A stretch of DNA of 64,000 nucleotides, taken from contig OY970340.1 of NCBI GenBank assembly GCA_963717465.1, positions 1,568,001 through 1,632,000 on the forward strand, written 5' to 3'. Both the position numbers and the translations under genes were made by a program. Numbering within the stretch: the first letter of the stretch is position 1; each line of letters begins with the position of its first letter. Below, piece by piece: positions 62,047-64,000 of the stretch. A model generated the notes under the pieces. That model saw nothing but the letters and a program-made list of their open reading frames with translations, was not told the origin of the DNA and did no database searches. This DNA comes from Candidatus Bathyarchaeota archaeon (lineage in GTDB: Archaea; Thermoproteota; Bathyarchaeia; Bathyarchaeales; Bathycorpusculaceae).

Positions 62047-62258
62047 GATTGATAGACTTACCTTGCTAAGTTATCAAAGTGCAACGGAGCTTAAGCCATC
62101 AGGGAGTGAATACAGAGCGAAGGTTTAGGCTTAAGATAAAATTTTGATCAAAAAATAATTATTATAAGTATATTTTTTAAATTAACATGATTTTTAAGTT
62201 AAATAGCATATAAGTTCAATCACAAGAGTCCAGCAATTCTTGCAAGAAGGAACTTAAT

Positions 62259-63191
62259 ATGTTAATGAAGTCGAGTGACACAATTGAAGAAATGACATGT
62301 TACACAGACACGTGTTGCTATAAAGGAAAGGTCCCAGGGAATTTAAAAGTTAAACTTAAAGACTTCGATACTGGATGGGCACAAAACGAAGAAGCCAAAT
62401 TTTTAGGAAAAGGTAAATTGAAGGAATGGGCAAACAAGTTGCTGGAGGAAAATCGACAGCAACTGGCAAAAGCACAGGAGTTGCTCTATGCAAATAATAC
62501 TTACGCTTTGCTTGTGATTTTCCAAGGCATGGATGCAGCCGGCAAAGACGGAATAATCAAGCATGTGATGTCAGGTGTTAACCCGCAGGGTTGTTGTGTA
62601 ACAAGTTTTAAGCAGCCTTCTGTTACGGAGTTGGAGCATGATTTTTTGTGGCGACAGGTTGTGGCTTTGCCTGAAAAGGGCATGATAGGCATTTTCAACC
62701 GATCCTATTATGAAGAAGTCTTGGTTGTCAAGGTACACCAAAACCTCTTAAATAACCAAAATCTCCCAAAGAAAAAGTATAACGATAAGTTTTGGAAAAA
62801 TCGTTATGAAGACATTACAAGTTTTGAGCATCATCTTGTGCGGAACGGAACGTTAATACTAAAGTTCTTTTTGCATATTTCTAGAGATGAGCAGAAGAAA
62901 CGTTTTATTGAACGCTTAAGCGATCCAGGTAAATATTGGAAGTTTTCTGAAGCTGACCTTAAAGAAAGGGACTATTGGGATAACTACATGAAAGCTTACG
63001 AGGGCATGTTAAATAATACAAGCACGCAATGGGCACCATGGTACATTATCCCTGCAGACTACAAATGGTTAGCTCGCTCACTAGTTGCAGATATCATAAC
63101 CACGAACATACTATCTTTGGGCATCAAATACCCACTCTTGAATGAACAAAAACTTAAAGCAATCAAAGAAGCAAAAAGAAAACTTGAATAA
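62259..63191 (+). CDS. ppk2: Polyphosphate kinase 2 family protein (class III-like)
   Basis: QGMDAAGKDG, VNPQG, FKQPS, HDFLWR, FNRSYYEEVL, KFFLHIS, PWYIIPAD.KW. Confidence 0.92.
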   Translation: MLMKSSDTIEEMTCYTDTCCYKGKVPGNLKVKLKDFDTGWAQNEEAKFLGKGKLKEWANKLLEENRQQLAKAQELLYANNTYALLVIFQGMDAAGKDGIIKHVMSGVNPQGCCVTSFKQPSVTELEHDFLWRQVVALPEKGMIGIFNRSYYEEVLVVKVHQNLLNNQNLPKKKYNDKFWKNRYEDITSFEHHLVRNGTLILKFFLHISRDEQKKRFIERLSDPGKYWKFSEADLKERDYWDNYMKAYEGMLNNTSTQWAPWYIIPADYKWLARSLVADIITTNILSLGIKYPLLNEQKLKAIKEAKRKLE

Positions 63192-63329
63192 ACACAATAA
63201 TAGCAAAACCCAACAATTTGTCATGTATCTAAAGAGTTAACTCAAGGAAAATAAACTGATAAAATTAAAGTCAAAAGTTAGTGAGCAAAGACTTTTTTCA
63301 AGAAAAATCCTCATACGTTCATGCTTTTT

Positions 63330-63831
63330 TTAAATCTTGTAGACAAAAATTCTTTCTTCACTTTTAAGTAACTTCATGTTTTCAATTGGCCAGTAATAAC
63401 TTATCACTTTAGTCCCAGTTCGCGCGTCTGAAATTATTTTTTTTCGCAATTCTATCGTTTATCTTTCCTCTATATTGAAATACAAAAATGACATCAGCGT
63501 CAAAAATGTCATGTTTGAAAAGGTTTCCTAAAATAACTTGGGCTTTTCTCGCTCTAAGCTTGGCTATAAACCATCTAATAGGTTCTATCTCGATTCCCTT
63601 AACGTGATCGCACAACTTTGAGGCAACAATAAGGGCTTCTCCTGTGCCACATCCGAGGTCATAGAATACTTCGTCTTTTTTGAGATCAACTAATTTTAGA
63701 GCTTCTGCTATAACGCTCTTTGGCGTGGAAGTGTACCCGGCACCTCCTGTAAGCATGGGATAGAAAAAAGAAGCTACTGCATATGCACATAACGCAATAA
63801 TTACAATGAAAACGCCAATGAATATGTCCAT
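63330..63831 (-). CDS. Membrane-anchored class I SAM methyltransferase with a frameshift in an A-run near 63440
   Basis: N-terminal TM, FYDLGCGTG, GIEIEP. Deleting one A continues as KIISDARTGTKVISYYWPIE...VYKI* (stop 63330-63332). Confidence 0.75.
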
Positions 63832-64000
63832 GTAAAGATTCCTTTTTATGCGTTAAAGAGCCATAATTGTTGAGAAGAGCTTTTCACTCTTAAAGATGTT
63901 CGCAAGGTCGAACCCCTAAAAATAGTTATGTCATAAATTCCCTTGGGACGTAAGCTAATAAACACCTTTCGATAAGACGCAGATGAAACAAGGTCACTTT

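Noticed and set aside
937..62698. Numerous short antisense ORFs in the ORF track
   Set aside because: They lie opposite well-supported genes and are shadow frames.
1..64000. CRISPR array, transposase, integrase, rRNA or defence system
   Set aside because: No regularly spaced repeats or recognisable genes of these kinds were seen.

Overview
Archaeal chromosomal window. Gene content and style (AN1-zinc-finger/M50 fusion, Mre11-Rad50, uL15-secY-EMC3-cmk, form III RuBisCO, intron-containing tRNA) suggest a TACK archaeon, most plausibly Bathyarchaeia; this is inference, not verified. Main contents: (1) a tightly coupled minus-strand operon hemA-hemB-hemL-hemC-cobA/hemD-cfbA-cfbE-cfbD-cfbC for coenzyme F430-type tetrapyrrole synthesis, running off the left edge; (2) glycosylation genes, tRNA-Asp with a D-loop intron, mre11/rad50; (3) a threonine-synthase-like protein lacking the PLP lysine and fused to a winged HTH, followed by a palindrome and an ECF S-component; (4) a membrane-anchored GH5; (5) a HoxEFUYH-type hydrogenase divergent from form III RuBisCO, with R15P isomerase nearby; (6) an unexplained ~390-nt highly structured non-coding element with paired, BHB-like ends; (7) a six-gene cluster (ADPS-like flavoprotein, CCG Fe-S protein, BON-fused GlpA-like dehydrogenase plus partners, GK5-like kinase) bracketed by an ~80-bp repeat, a candidate glycerol-ether-lipid catabolic system; (8) PPK2. 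Several genes carry single-base frameshifts (rad50, rbcL, aspartokinase, a methyltransferase), probably assembly indels. All calls come from motif recognition by eye; no searches were run.
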